Assembly: GCA_963742735.1 (NCBI GenBank)
Contig: CAVUMN010000004.1
Coordinates: forward strand, 160,001-224,000
Direction of reading: 5' to 3'
Source of the DNA: an uncultured Actinomycetes bacterium
GTDB taxonomy: Bacteria > Actinomycetota > UBA4738 > JBBDTT01
DNA: 64,000 nt
The stretch's first letter is position 1. Every line of letters begins with the position of its first letter. Below the pieces are notes generated by a model. That model made no database searches. It was not told the origin of the DNA and worked only from the letters and a program-made list of their open reading frames with translations. Made by a program: the position numbers and the translations under genes. Positions 17,187 through 25,841 of this stretch are shown here, in pieces.

Positions 17187-18176
17187 TTACACCGCGAAGC
17201 GGACGTGGAGGATGTCGCCCTCTCGGACCTCGTAGTCCTTGCCCTCGACGCGGAGCTTGCCGGCGTGCTTCGCGGCGTCCCACGAGCCGGCCGCGACCAG
17301 ATCGTCGTAGGTCACCACCTCGGCGCGGATGAATCCTCGCTCCAGGTCGGTGTGGATGACGCCGGCCGCCTCGGGGGCGTGGGCGCCGCGGCGGACCTCC
17401 CAGGCCCGGGTCTCGTCCTCGCCGGTCGTCAGGAACGTGATCAGGTCGAGCGCGCGGTAGCAGGCCTCGATGACCTTGGGCAGTCCCGGCTCGGTCACCC
17501 CGAACTCGGCCAGGAGGGCGGCGCCCTCGTCCGGGTCCATCTCGGCGACCTCGGCCTCGATCGCGGCGTAGACGCCGATGGCGTCGGGCGGGAGGCCCTC
17601 GGGCATCGCGGCACCCTCCTCCAGGTTCGCCACGGGGATGCGCGGCTTCAGGGTGAGGGGGGCGTAGCCGCGCAGGACCTTCTCGTCCTCGCCGGCAAAC
17701 CCCTCGTCGCGCAGCGGGCGTTCGGCGTCCAGGGCGGCGGCCGCGCGCTCGAGGACCTCCACCTCGTGCTTCGCGGCGGCGTCCGCTCCCCGGCTCTGGG
17801 CGCGCTTGCGGGCCCGCTCCAGGCCGCCCTCGATCGCGGCCAGGTCTGCCACCAGCAGGTCCGCGTCGATCTCGGCGAGCTCCTTCACGGGATCGGAGTC
17901 GGCGCCGAAGGCGCGCAGGACGGCGGCCAGCGAGTCGGACTCGCGGAGCGCGGCCAGCCCCTGTGCGGTCGTCCCGCCGGGCACATCCATGAACCCGACC
18001 TGCGCCGCGACGACCTTCTTCGAGCGCTCGATGCCGGCCAGGACCTCCAGCCGCGGATCGGGCACCTCGACCACGGCCTGGTTCGCCCGGCCGCCCACGG
18101 CACCGGTTCGCGTCAGCGCCGTGAACAGCGTGGACTTGCCCGAGTACGGGAGCCCGACGAGCCCGACATCCTTCAC
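17187..18176 (-). CDS. ychF: YchF-like OBG-family ATPase (DUF933/TGS C-terminus)
   Basis: GLPYSGKST, VPDPRL, LITFLTTG, AAGVIHTDLERGFIRAEV, EGKDYEV. Confidence 0.8.
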   Translation of the reverse strand: MKDVGLVGLPYSGKSTLFTALTRTGAVGGRANQAVVEVPDPRLEVLAGIERSKKVVAAQVGFMDVPGGTTAQGLAALRESDSLAAVLRAFGADSDPVKELAEIDADLLVADLAAIEGGLERARKRAQSRGADAAAKHEVEVLERAAAALDAERPLRDEGFAGEDEKVLRGYAPLTLKPRIPVANLEEGAAMPEGLPPDAIGVYAAIEAEVAEMDPDEGAALLAEFGVTEPGLPKVIEACYRALDLITFLTTGEDETRAWEVRRGAHAPEAAGVIHTDLERGFIRAEVVTYDDLVAAGSWDAAKHAGKLRVEGKDYEVREGDILHVRFAV

Positions 18177-18202
18177 GCGGCCGAGCCTACAATCGCGAGG
18201 CG

Positions 18203-18559
18203 ATGGCCAAGACGACCAAGCTCAAGGCCCTGCCCAAGGCGGAGGAGCGCCAGCCCGTCCGGCTCACCTCGAGCCGCATCCTGGTGAAGCGGCCGGACGA
18301 GGAGGGTGAGCGCCGCTCCAAGGGAGGACTGCTGATCCCCGCGACGGCGGCCAGCGTCTCTCGCAAGCTGACCTGGGGCGAGGTCGCCGCGGTCGGCCCG
18401 GAGGTCCGCAGCATCGAGCCCGGCGACCGCGTGCTGTTCCTGCCGGAGACCGGCTTCGAGGTCGAGATCCACGACGAGGAGTACCTGCTGCTCCGCGAAC
18501 GGGACATCCACGCCCTGGCCAGCGACCGCATCGAGACCCAGAACGGCCTGTACCTCTAG
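18203..18559 (+). CDS. groES: Co-chaperonin GroES (actinobacterial second-type Cpn10)
   Basis: GERRSKGGLLIPATA, VAAVGP, GDRVLF, YLLLRERDIHA, C-terminal GLYL. Confidence 0.8.
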   Translation: MAKTTKLKALPKAEERQPVRLTSSRILVKRPDEEGERRSKGGLLIPATAASVSRKLTWGEVAAVGPEVRSIEPGDRVLFLPETGFEVEIHDEEYLLLRERDIHALASDRIETQNGLYL

Positions 18560-18750
18560 GCCTCCTTCAGGCCCATTCGGTAGAGGCGGGTGTTGCGGTC
18601 GTCGTCGTGCAGGGCGACCTCCTCGAACCCCTGGGCGACCAGATCCTGCCACGCGGTGCCCAGCCAGGCCTCCGCGGCTTCCTTGTCCGGGAACCGCTGG
18701 GAGCGCCGTCGCTCCTCACCGGACCGGTCGAGGTACCGCCACGTGAACAC
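18556..18750 (-). CDS. Small conserved actinobacterial hypothetical protein
   Basis: TWRY...F..KEAAEAWLG.AWQDL..G..EV.L pattern; fills the gap between two genes. Confidence 0.65.
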   Translation of the reverse strand: MFTWRYLDRSGEERRRSQRFPDKEAAEAWLGTAWQDLVAQGFEEVALHDDDRNTRLYRMGLKEA

Positions 18751-18867
18751 TGTCGAACGCTCCCTGGATCGCGGAAGGGCGCTGGTAGCATAGGGCGCTC
18801 GCAGGTCGATACGTCCGATTCGTCGAAGTGCTCAAGGCCTCGCCCCCAACCTGCCGAGGAACCCCAC

Positions 18868-20016
18868 ATGACCCGAACCGCCATCCGCGTCGCCGTCGTC
18901 GTCGCCCTCCTCGCGGGGGTCATCGGCCTGTCCGCGTCCCCGGCGCTCGCGTTCAGCGACGTCCCCGGCAACTTCTGGGCGAAGACGGCGATCGAGTACG
19001 TCGCGGTGGCCCACGACTGGATGCTCGACTTCGGAACCGACACGTTCAAGCCCGAGGCCATCGAGACGAAACGCCGCTTCGCGAGCGCGCTCGTGAAGGC
19101 GTTCGATCCCAACGGGACCATCGATCCCACGATCACGTTCGCCGACGTCCCCACGACGGACCCGTTCTATCGCTACGCGAACATCGCGGTGAAGCACGGA
19201 TGGATGACGATGACCGCCGACCGGAACTTCAAGCCGGCGAACGGAGTCACCACGAACATGTCCCACCGCGGCCTGGTTCTCGCCCTCGACCTGCAGCCCG
19301 AGGTCGACGGGCTCCTGGCGATCCACACCGCCGACGGCCCGATCTCGGTGGACGCCACCCGCTTCCCGTACATGGTCCTGGGCATGCAGCTCGGCCTCCG
19401 CTACAACCACGCGGACGAGACGCAGGACGTGATGCCGGGCACCACGCTGCACCGCGACGAGGTGGCGTACTCGCTGTGGAAGGCGTCGACCGTCGCGCAG
19501 TGGCAGCTCGACAAGCTGATCCCCTACCGGACGATCTCGCTGCCGCACCTGACCGCCGACAAGCTCAAGATCGCCGAGTTCGGCTTCAAGTACGCCGGCT
19601 ACCCCTACCTGTGGGCGGGCGAGTGGCACGTCAAGACGTCCTCCGGGTACTGCTGCGGCACCCAGCCGATGGGCGGGTTCGACTGCTCGGGCCTGATGTG
19701 GTGGACCCTGAAGAAGGCGGCCGGCGGCTACGACCCAACCCCCGTGCGGGGCTACACGGGCTGGAACCTGCCCGAGCGATCGTCGGCCTCGATGGCCGCG
19801 GTCGGCACGCGCCTGACCTACGCCCAGACCTTGCCGGGGGACCTGATGTTCCACGACTCCGCGAGCAACCCGGACAAGGTCTCGCACGTCAACGTGTACC
19901 TGGGCAACGGATGGGCGCTGGACTCGTCGAGCAGCGCCGGAGGCGTGAGCGTCATCAAGGTCGACTCCGGCTACTACTACGACCACCACCTGTGGTCGCG
20001 CCGCCTCACCGCCTAG
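18868..20016 (+). CDS. Secreted NlpC/P60 peptidase with SLH-like N-terminus
   Basis: Signal peptide; FSDVPGNFWAKTAI and FADVPTTDPFYRY SLH-like repeats; GYPYLWAG, FDCSGL, PGDLMF, SHV. Confidence 0.85.
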   Translation: MTRTAIRVAVVVALLAGVIGLSASPALAFSDVPGNFWAKTAIEYVAVAHDWMLDFGTDTFKPEAIETKRRFASALVKAFDPNGTIDPTITFADVPTTDPFYRYANIAVKHGWMTMTADRNFKPANGVTTNMSHRGLVLALDLQPEVDGLLAIHTADGPISVDATRFPYMVLGMQLGLRYNHADETQDVMPGTTLHRDEVAYSLWKASTVAQWQLDKLIPYRTISLPHLTADKLKIAEFGFKYAGYPYLWAGEWHVKTSSGYCCGTQPMGGFDCSGLMWWTLKKAAGGYDPTPVRGYTGWNLPERSSASMAAVGTRLTYAQTLPGDLMFHDSASNPDKVSHVNVYLGNGWALDSSSSAGGVSVIKVDSGYYYDHHLWSRRLTA

Positions 20017-20378
20017 CCGCCCAGGACCCGCTCCACGCAGGAGAGCAGCTCGCCCATGCTGAACGGGCGGCGGAGCTCGGCGTCCACGGGCACCAGCGCG
20101 AGCTTGCCGGTCTCGCCCTGGCCGGCCATGAACACGATGACCTTGGTGTCCCCGATCTTGGGGTCCTCGCGGATCTCCTTGAGGGTCTCCCAGCCGTCGG
20201 TGTCGGGAAGCTCGGCGTCCAGGAGCACCAGGTCGTAGCCGCCCTCCCGGAGCGCGTCGAGGCCCTTGGGGCCCGAGTCGGCCTCGTGGACGTCGTACCC
20301 CTCGAGCTGCAGGCGCAGGACGGGTTGGCGCATGTGCTCGGGCCGATGATCGATGAGCAGCAGCTTCCCCTTGCCCAT
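20013..20378 (-). CDS. Single-domain (atypical) response regulator receiver
   Basis: EGYDVHEA, YDLVLLDAELPDTDGWE. Confidence 0.85.
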   Translation of the reverse strand: MGKGKLLLIDHRPEHMRQPVLRLQLEGYDVHEADSGPKGLDALREGGYDLVLLDAELPDTDGWETLKEIREDPKIGDTKVIVFMAGQGETGKLALVPVDAELRRPFSMGELLSCVERVLGG

Positions 20379-20453
20379 GCCACCAAGCCGATTCCCTGCC
20401 GGCCCTCCTCGAAACGCGACACTACTCCCTCCCACCGACACGAGAGACGCGGG

Positions 20454-20483
20454 TTGACGGGGTCGCGGGAGGTCGCCTAGCCT
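20454..20483 (+). promoter_or_regulatory. Sigma70-type promoter of the NlpC/P60 gene
   Basis: TTGACG, 18-nt spacer, TAGCCT. Confidence 0.55.
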
Positions 20484-20499
20484 GGGGGTCCGGGCTGCC

Positions 20500-21525
20500 A
20501 TGGCGGCCCGTTTTCATATGCCGATCCGTCGCGGAACGCCCACCCGGCTGCTCGCGATCGCCGTCGCGGCGTTCGTGTGCTTCGCGCTCGCCGCCCCCGG
20601 CACCCTTGCCCGCCCCAGCCCGCAGGACCTCGAGAACGCCAAGGGCGAGCTCGACGCGCTGAACGAGCGCCTGTCCGCGCTGGTCGAGGAGTACGACGCG
20701 GCCGCCCTGAAGGTGGCCGAGCTCGAGCGAAGGCTCTCCGACCTGAAGTCGACCGCCGACCGGGCCAAGCGCCTGTCCGCCCGGTCGCGCGACCTGCTCG
20801 CCCAACGAGCCCGGCAGGCGTACACCCAGGGCGGGGCCAACATCTTCATGCTCCTGGACTCCTCGTCGTTCGCGGAGTTCTCGGAACGGCTCGAGTTCCT
20901 GGACCAGATGAGCGAGAGCGACGCGGACCTCGCCATCCGCGCCCAGGTCGAACGCGAGGCCGCGCAGCGCGCCGGGTCCGAGCTCGCCGACGCCCTGGAC
21001 GCGCAGCGGGCCGAGGCCAACCGGCTGGCCGCGCGCAAGGCCGACATCGAGCGGGGCGTCGCCCAGGCGAACGCCCTGGTCGAGCGGATCGAGCGGGAGC
21101 TGAACCGGCCGCTCGTGGTCAAGCCGTCTCCGGTCTCATCGGGCGACTTCCCCTCGCTGCCGGACGCCTCACCCGGCGCGCAGGCGGCGATCCAGGCCGC
21201 GTACTCGGTGATCGGTACGCCGTACCAGTGGGGCGGCGCGAGCCCCGAGTCGGGATTCGACTGCTCGGGCTTGACGATGTGGTCGTGGGCCCACGGCGGC
21301 GTCTCGCTGCCGCACTCCTCGGCGGCCCAGTACTCGGCGTTGCCCCACGTCTCCCGCGACGACCTGCAGCCGGGCGACCTGCTGTTCTTCTACACGCCGA
21401 TCCATCACGTGGGCATGTATGTCGGCGGCGGGCAGATGATCCACTCGCCGCACACCGGGTCCTACGTGCAGGTCGGCGCCGTGTACTGGGACGACTACGT
21501 CGGGGCCGGCCGGCCGGGCGTCTAG
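20500..21525 (+). CDS. Coiled-coil + NlpC/P60 peptidoglycan endopeptidase (RipC/CwlO-like)
   Basis: Signal peptide, coiled coil, GTPYQWGG, FDCSGL, LQPGDLLFF, HHVGMY, MIHSP. Confidence 0.9.
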   Translation: MAARFHMPIRRGTPTRLLAIAVAAFVCFALAAPGTLARPSPQDLENAKGELDALNERLSALVEEYDAAALKVAELERRLSDLKSTADRAKRLSARSRDLLAQRARQAYTQGGANIFMLLDSSSFAEFSERLEFLDQMSESDADLAIRAQVEREAAQRAGSELADALDAQRAEANRLAARKADIERGVAQANALVERIERELNRPLVVKPSPVSSGDFPSLPDASPGAQAAIQAAYSVIGTPYQWGGASPESGFDCSGLTMWSWAHGGVSLPHSSAAQYSALPHVSRDDLQPGDLLFFYTPIHHVGMYVGGGQMIHSPHTGSYVQVGAVYWDDYVGAGRPGV

Positions 21526-21761
21526 CTGCCGAGCGAGTCGCTCAGCCGGTCGACCTGAACCCCCTGCTCGATGAGCCAAGCCACGGCGTCGCCGATGGCC
21601 TGTTCGGTGCCCTCCAGCTCCAGGATGACCCAGCCGAAGCGCTCCTCGACGTTCGCGCGGCGGATGTTCGTCACCACGTCGAAGGTCTTGCCGACCTCGT
21701 AGATCAGGGGGCGCTGGATGAGCCCCTCGGGGAAGGTGAGGTGGAACCGGCCGCCGCTCAC
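21522..21761 (-). CDS. Stand-alone NIL domain protein
   Basis: LTFPEGLIQRPLIYEVG..FDVVTNIRRANVEERFGWVILELEG; GTG overlaps the larE stop. Confidence 0.8.
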   Translation of the reverse strand: MSGGRFHLTFPEGLIQRPLIYEVGKTFDVVTNIRRANVEERFGWVILELEGTEQAIGDAVAWLIEQGVQVDRLSDSLGS

Positions 21762-22561
21762 GGGTTCAGGCTCCCCGAGCGGAAGCCCTCCAGGTCCATC
21801 GTGACGAACCGGTAGCCGAGGGCCTTCAGCTCCTTCACGATCGCCTCCCGCGCCTCGGGCTCGGCCAGCCGGGGCAGGTCCGCCGGGTCCACCTCGATGC
21901 GCGCGGTCTCGCCGTGGTCGCGCACGCGAACCTGCCCGAACCCCAGGGCCTTCAGGGCCGTCTCGGCCCGGCCCACGCGCGCGAGTCCCTCGGTCGTGAT
22001 CGTGATCCCGTAGGCGAACCGCGAGCTTAGGCACGCGGAGGCCGGCTTGTCCCACGTGGGCAGGTCCAGCTCCCGCGAGACCTCGCGGACGTCGGCCTTG
22101 CGGAACCCGGCCTGGACGAGCGGCTCGATCACGCCCCGCTCCGCCGCGGCGCGCAGGCCGGGGCGGACGTCGCTCAGGTCGTCCAGGTTCGTCCCCGATG
22201 CGATCGCCGGGAGCCCCTCCTGCCGGGCCACGCCGGCGAGGACCCCGTACAGCTCGGCCTTGCAGTGGTAGCACCGGTCGGGGCCGTTCGCCCGGTAGGC
22301 CTCGACGTCGAGCTCGGCCGTTCGCACCGTCCGGTGACGAACCCCGATCCGCTCGGCAAAGCTGCGCGCGCCGCGAAGCTCGCCCGGCGGGAGCGACGGC
22401 GACACGGCGGTCACGGCCAGGGCCCGGTCGCCGTGGACCCGGCCGGCGACGGCGGCGACCAGCGCCGAGTCGGCGCCGCCCGAGAACGCCACGACGACGC
22501 CGTCCGGAGCACGGATCGCGTCCTCCAGACGCCGCAGCTTGGCCCTCACCTCGACTGCCAC
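21758..22561 (-). CDS. larE: ATP-dependent sulfur transferase LarE family
   Basis: PP-loop AFSGGADS, RCYHCK, RPG, WDKPASACLSSRF, VRVRDH, DLEGFRSGSLN. Confidence 0.9.
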   Translation of the reverse strand: MAVEVRAKLRRLEDAIRAPDGVVVAFSGGADSALVAAVAGRVHGDRALAVTAVSPSLPPGELRGARSFAERIGVRHRTVRTAELDVEAYRANGPDRCYHCKAELYGVLAGVARQEGLPAIASGTNLDDLSDVRPGLRAAAERGVIEPLVQAGFRKADVREVSRELDLPTWDKPASACLSSRFAYGITITTEGLARVGRAETALKALGFGQVRVRDHGETARIEVDPADLPRLAEPEAREAIVKELKALGYRFVTMDLEGFRSGSLNP

Positions 22562-22646
22562 AGGACGATTGTGGCCCGGGCTCCGCGTCTCGTCCAAGGG
22601 GGCGTTGCTACAATCGGCCCCCGCTCAACCCGTAGAGGGAATCTGA

Positions 22647-23408
22647 GTGAACCTTCGCGACTACCTCCTGGTCATCCGCCGCCGGAAATGGATCGGCATC
22701 ATCGTGCTGCTGGCCACCCTGGGAACCGCCGCGACCCTGACCACCCTGGCGACGCCGGTGTTCGAGGCGAAGGCCACCCTGTTCGTCGGCCCGCAGGCCT
22801 TCCGGGCCGAGGACGTGCCGGGAAGCGAGGCCGGACAGATCTCGACCTCGCTGGCGATCGCCGAGCGCCTCACCAAGACCTACGCGCGGATGATCGCGAC
22901 CAACACCACCGCGGAGCGCGCCGTCGAGGAGGGCCAGCTCAGGGTGCCCGCCGGATACGTCCTGTCCCACCTGACGGTGACCGCGATCGAGGACACGACG
23001 CTGATCGAGCTGCGGTCGCGCGACGCCGATCCCGCGCTGGCCCAGAACATGACGAACGCGGTCGCGATCTCGTTCGAGGAGCTCGCGGAGACTCTGACGC
23101 AGCCCCGCAACGACCGGGACGCCCCGGCCGCCGTCCCCGTGACCCTGTTCGACCGGGCCCTGCTGCCTCAGCGCCCCGTGGCCCCCAACCCCACCCGCAA
23201 TCTGGCCCTGGCGGCCGTCCTGGGCCTCGTGGTCGGCGTCGGGCTGATGTTCGCCTCCGAGTTCCTCGACGTGGTCGTCCGCGGGCCCGAGGACGTGGAG
23301 CGACTGGTGGCCCTGCCGGTGCTGGCCTTGATCCCCCGCATCGCCCGGGAGGACGTCCTCACCCGGCGGCAGAACGCCGCCCGCCAACGCATCAAAGCGG
23401 GGAGCTGA
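22647..23408 (+). CDS. Polysaccharide chain-length determinant (Wzz/YveK/CapA)
   Basis: MNLRDYLLVIRRR, TPVFEAKA, PVAPNPTRNLALA, LPVLALIP; two TM segments. Confidence 0.85.
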   Translation: MNLRDYLLVIRRRKWIGIIVLLATLGTAATLTTLATPVFEAKATLFVGPQAFRAEDVPGSEAGQISTSLAIAERLTKTYARMIATNTTAERAVEEGQLRVPAGYVLSHLTVTAIEDTTLIELRSRDADPALAQNMTNAVAISFEELAETLTQPRNDRDAPAAVPVTLFDRALLPQRPVAPNPTRNLALAAVLGLVVGVGLMFASEFLDVVVRGPEDVERLVALPVLALIPRIAREDVLTRRQNAARQRIKAGS

Positions 23409-23413
23409 CGCCG

Positions 23414-24166
23414 GTGTTCGGACGAGCGCCCCGTCTGCAGAACCTGTCCATGGTGAGGGTCTCGCAGCTGCGGGCGGACTCGGTCCCCGCCGAGATGTTT
23501 CGCACGCTTCGCACCAACCTGGCCTTCTCCCTGGTGGACCGGGAGCGGTCGGCGATCATCGTGACCTCTCCGCTCGCCGAGGAGGGCAAGACGCTCGTCG
23601 CCTCCCACCTGGGGCTCGCGTTCGCCCGGGCGGGGAAGCGGGTGGTGGTGGTGGACGCGGACTTCCGCCACCCCAGCCTGCATCAGTATCTCGACGTGCC
23701 GAACCGGATCGGGCTGTCCGAGGTTCTGCTCGGCGACGTGGCCCTGCCGGACGCGCTCCAGAAGCTGCAGATCGATGACGACCCCCCGGTCACGATGTTC
23801 GTCCTCACCACCGGACGGCGCCCGCCCAACCCGGCCGAGCTCCTCGGGTCCCGCCGGATGGCCACGACGGTCACCGCGCTGAAGGAGGCCGCCGAGCTGG
23901 TCATCGTGGACTGCCCACCGATCGTGCCCGTCACCGACGCGGGCGTGCTGGCCCCCGCCACCGACGGGGCCATCATCGTGGCGGCCTCGGGCGTGACCCG
24001 GCGCAACGCCCTGCAGCGGGCCGTGGAGCTCCTGGAGAAGACCGGGACGAACCTTCTCGGGGTCGTCATCAACCTGCTGTCCGGCTCCGATGCGTCCGGC
24101 TACTACTACGCGTATCCCTACCCGAAGTCGGCGCCGGCGCGAGAGCCCGCCGAGCGGATCGACTAG
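23414..24166 (+). CDS. CpsD/CapB bacterial tyrosine kinase
   Basis: EMFRTLRTNL, EEGKT, VDADFRHP, PPNPAELLGS, IVDCPP, C-terminal YYYAYPY; start is 23414 or 23450. Confidence 0.9.
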   Translation: MFGRAPRLQNLSMVRVSQLRADSVPAEMFRTLRTNLAFSLVDRERSAIIVTSPLAEEGKTLVASHLGLAFARAGKRVVVVDADFRHPSLHQYLDVPNRIGLSEVLLGDVALPDALQKLQIDDDPPVTMFVLTTGRRPPNPAELLGSRRMATTVTALKEAAELVIVDCPPIVPVTDAGVLAPATDGAIIVAASGVTRRNALQRAVELLEKTGTNLLGVVINLLSGSDASGYYYAYPYPKSAPAREPAERID

Positions 24167-24168
24167 GC

Positions 24169-24879
24169 GTGCAGGTCGTCATCCTCGCCGGGGGCCGGGG
24201 CACCCGAGCCCTCCCGTTCACCAGCGACCAGCCGAAGCCGATGCTCCGTCTGGCCGGGATACCCCTGGTCGAACACGTGATGCGGATCTACGCCGAGCAG
24301 GGCCACGACCGGTTCATCCTGGCGATCGGCCATCGTGGCGAGGTGATCGAGGACTACGTCGCCGAGCGGGGCCTGCCGTGGGAGGTCGGCTTCTCGAGGG
24401 CCGGGGACGACGCCGACACGGGCGAACGGCTGCGGGCCGCCGCCGAGCTCACGGAGGGACCCTTCCTGGCCACGTACGCGGATGGGTTCGGGGACGTGGA
24501 CCTGTCCGCCCTGCTGGAGTCGCACCGCGCCTCCGGACGCGCGGCCACCCTCACGGCGGCGCGACTGCGCTCGCAGTACGGCACGGTCGACATCGACGAG
24601 GCCGACGTCGTGCGGGGGTTCCGCGAGAAGCCCACGTTCGCCGACCTGTGGATCAACGGCGGGTTCTTCGTCCTGGAACGAGGCGCGCTGGAGGGGTGGT
24701 CCGGGCCCTCGCTGGAGCGGGACGCGCTCCCCGCGCTGGCCGAGCGCGACGACCTGCATGGCTACCGTCACGAGGGCTTCTGGCGCTCGGTGGACACGTT
24801 CAAGGACCTCGAGGAGCTCGAGACGATGATCGCGGAGGGGACGGCTCGATGGGCAGGCTTGACGGTCGCCGGCTCCTGA
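24169..24879 (+). CDS. Sugar-phosphate nucleotidyltransferase (RfbF-like)
   Basis: ILAGGRGTR, PKPM, TYADG, WINGGFF, HEGFWRSVDTFKD. Confidence 0.85.
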   Translation: MQVVILAGGRGTRALPFTSDQPKPMLRLAGIPLVEHVMRIYAEQGHDRFILAIGHRGEVIEDYVAERGLPWEVGFSRAGDDADTGERLRAAAELTEGPFLATYADGFGDVDLSALLESHRASGRAATLTAARLRSQYGTVDIDEADVVRGFREKPTFADLWINGGFFVLERGALEGWSGPSLERDALPALAERDDLHGYRHEGFWRSVDTFKDLEELETMIAEGTARWAGLTVAGS

Positions 24880-25841
24880 TCACGGGAGCCTCGGGGTTCA
24901 TCGGCTCGCACGTGGTGCGGGCCGCCGTCGCCGAGGGCGGCGAGGTCCACGCGCTCGTCGACGAGGTGTCCAGCGTGGTCCCCCAGCGGCTGACCGACCT
25001 GGCCGGACGGATCACCTTCGTCCCGGGCAACCTCACCGACGGCTACGCGATGCGCCACGCCGTCGAGGCCAGCCGCCCGGAGATCGTCCTGCACCTCGGC
25101 GCGTACACCCACGTCGGCAAGTCGTTCAGCCACGTGAGCGAGTGCATCCAGACGAACGTCGCCGGGACGTCGAACCTGCTCCAGGCCCTGGAGGGCTCGG
25201 GCTACACGAGGTTCGTCTACACCAGCACCAGCGAGGTGTACGGCGGCGTGGATGTGCCGTTCCGGGAGGACGGCCCGGTCAACCCGCTCTCCCCGTACTC
25301 GGTGACGAAGTACGCGGGCGAGCTCATGTGCCGGATGTTCGTCCAGGCCTACGACTGGCCGATCGTCGTCCTGCGGCCGTTCAACGCCTACGGGCCCGCG
25401 CAGAGCCCGGACCGGATCATCCCCGAGATCATCGTGTCCGCCCTCCGGGGCGTCGAGATGAAGATGACCGAGGGCAAGCAGACCCGCGAGTTCAACTTCG
25501 TCGAGGACCTGGCCGAAGGATTCCTGCTGGCCGGCCTGGCCGGCGACGAGGTCAACGGGCAGGTCATCAACCTCGGCTGCGGCGAGGAGCACTCGATGCG
25601 GGAGATGGCCGAGACGATCCTGGAGCTCATGGGCAACCCGATCGAGGCGAAGTTCGGGGCGCTTCCCTACCGGCCCACCGAGATCTGGCGGATGTACTGC
25701 GACAACGCCCGGGCTGGCGAGCTCCTGGGCTGGACGCCGAAGCACTCGCTGCGCGAGGGGCTGGATCGGACCGTCGCCTGGTACCGGGAGGCCGCCTCGC
25801 TGCCGAACTCGCCCTGGTTCACCCCGATCGGATCGGGCTGA
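24849..25841 (+). CDS. NAD-dependent nucleotide-sugar epimerase/dehydratase
   Basis: TGASGFIGSH, STSEVYG, YSVTK, RPFNAYGP. Confidence 0.9.
   Translation: MGRLDGRRLLITGASGFIGSHVVRAAVAEGGEVHALVDEVSSVVPQRLTDLAGRITFVPGNLTDGYAMRHAVEASRPEIVLHLGAYTHVGKSFSHVSECIQTNVAGTSNLLQALEGSGYTRFVYTSTSEVYGGVDVPFREDGPVNPLSPYSVTKYAGELMCRMFVQAYDWPIVVLRPFNAYGPAQSPDRIIPEIIVSALRGVEMKMTEGKQTREFNFVEDLAEGFLLAGLAGDEVNGQVINLGCGEEHSMREMAETILELMGNPIEAKFGALPYRPTEIWRMYCDNARAGELLGWTPKHSLREGLDRTVAWYREAASLPNSPWFTPIGSG

Noticed and set aside
20380-20500. c-di-AMP (ydaO) riboswitch upstream of the NlpC/P60 gene
   Set aside because: Common in this context in actinobacteria, but no matching conserved motifs were seen and the promoter lies too close to the start codon.
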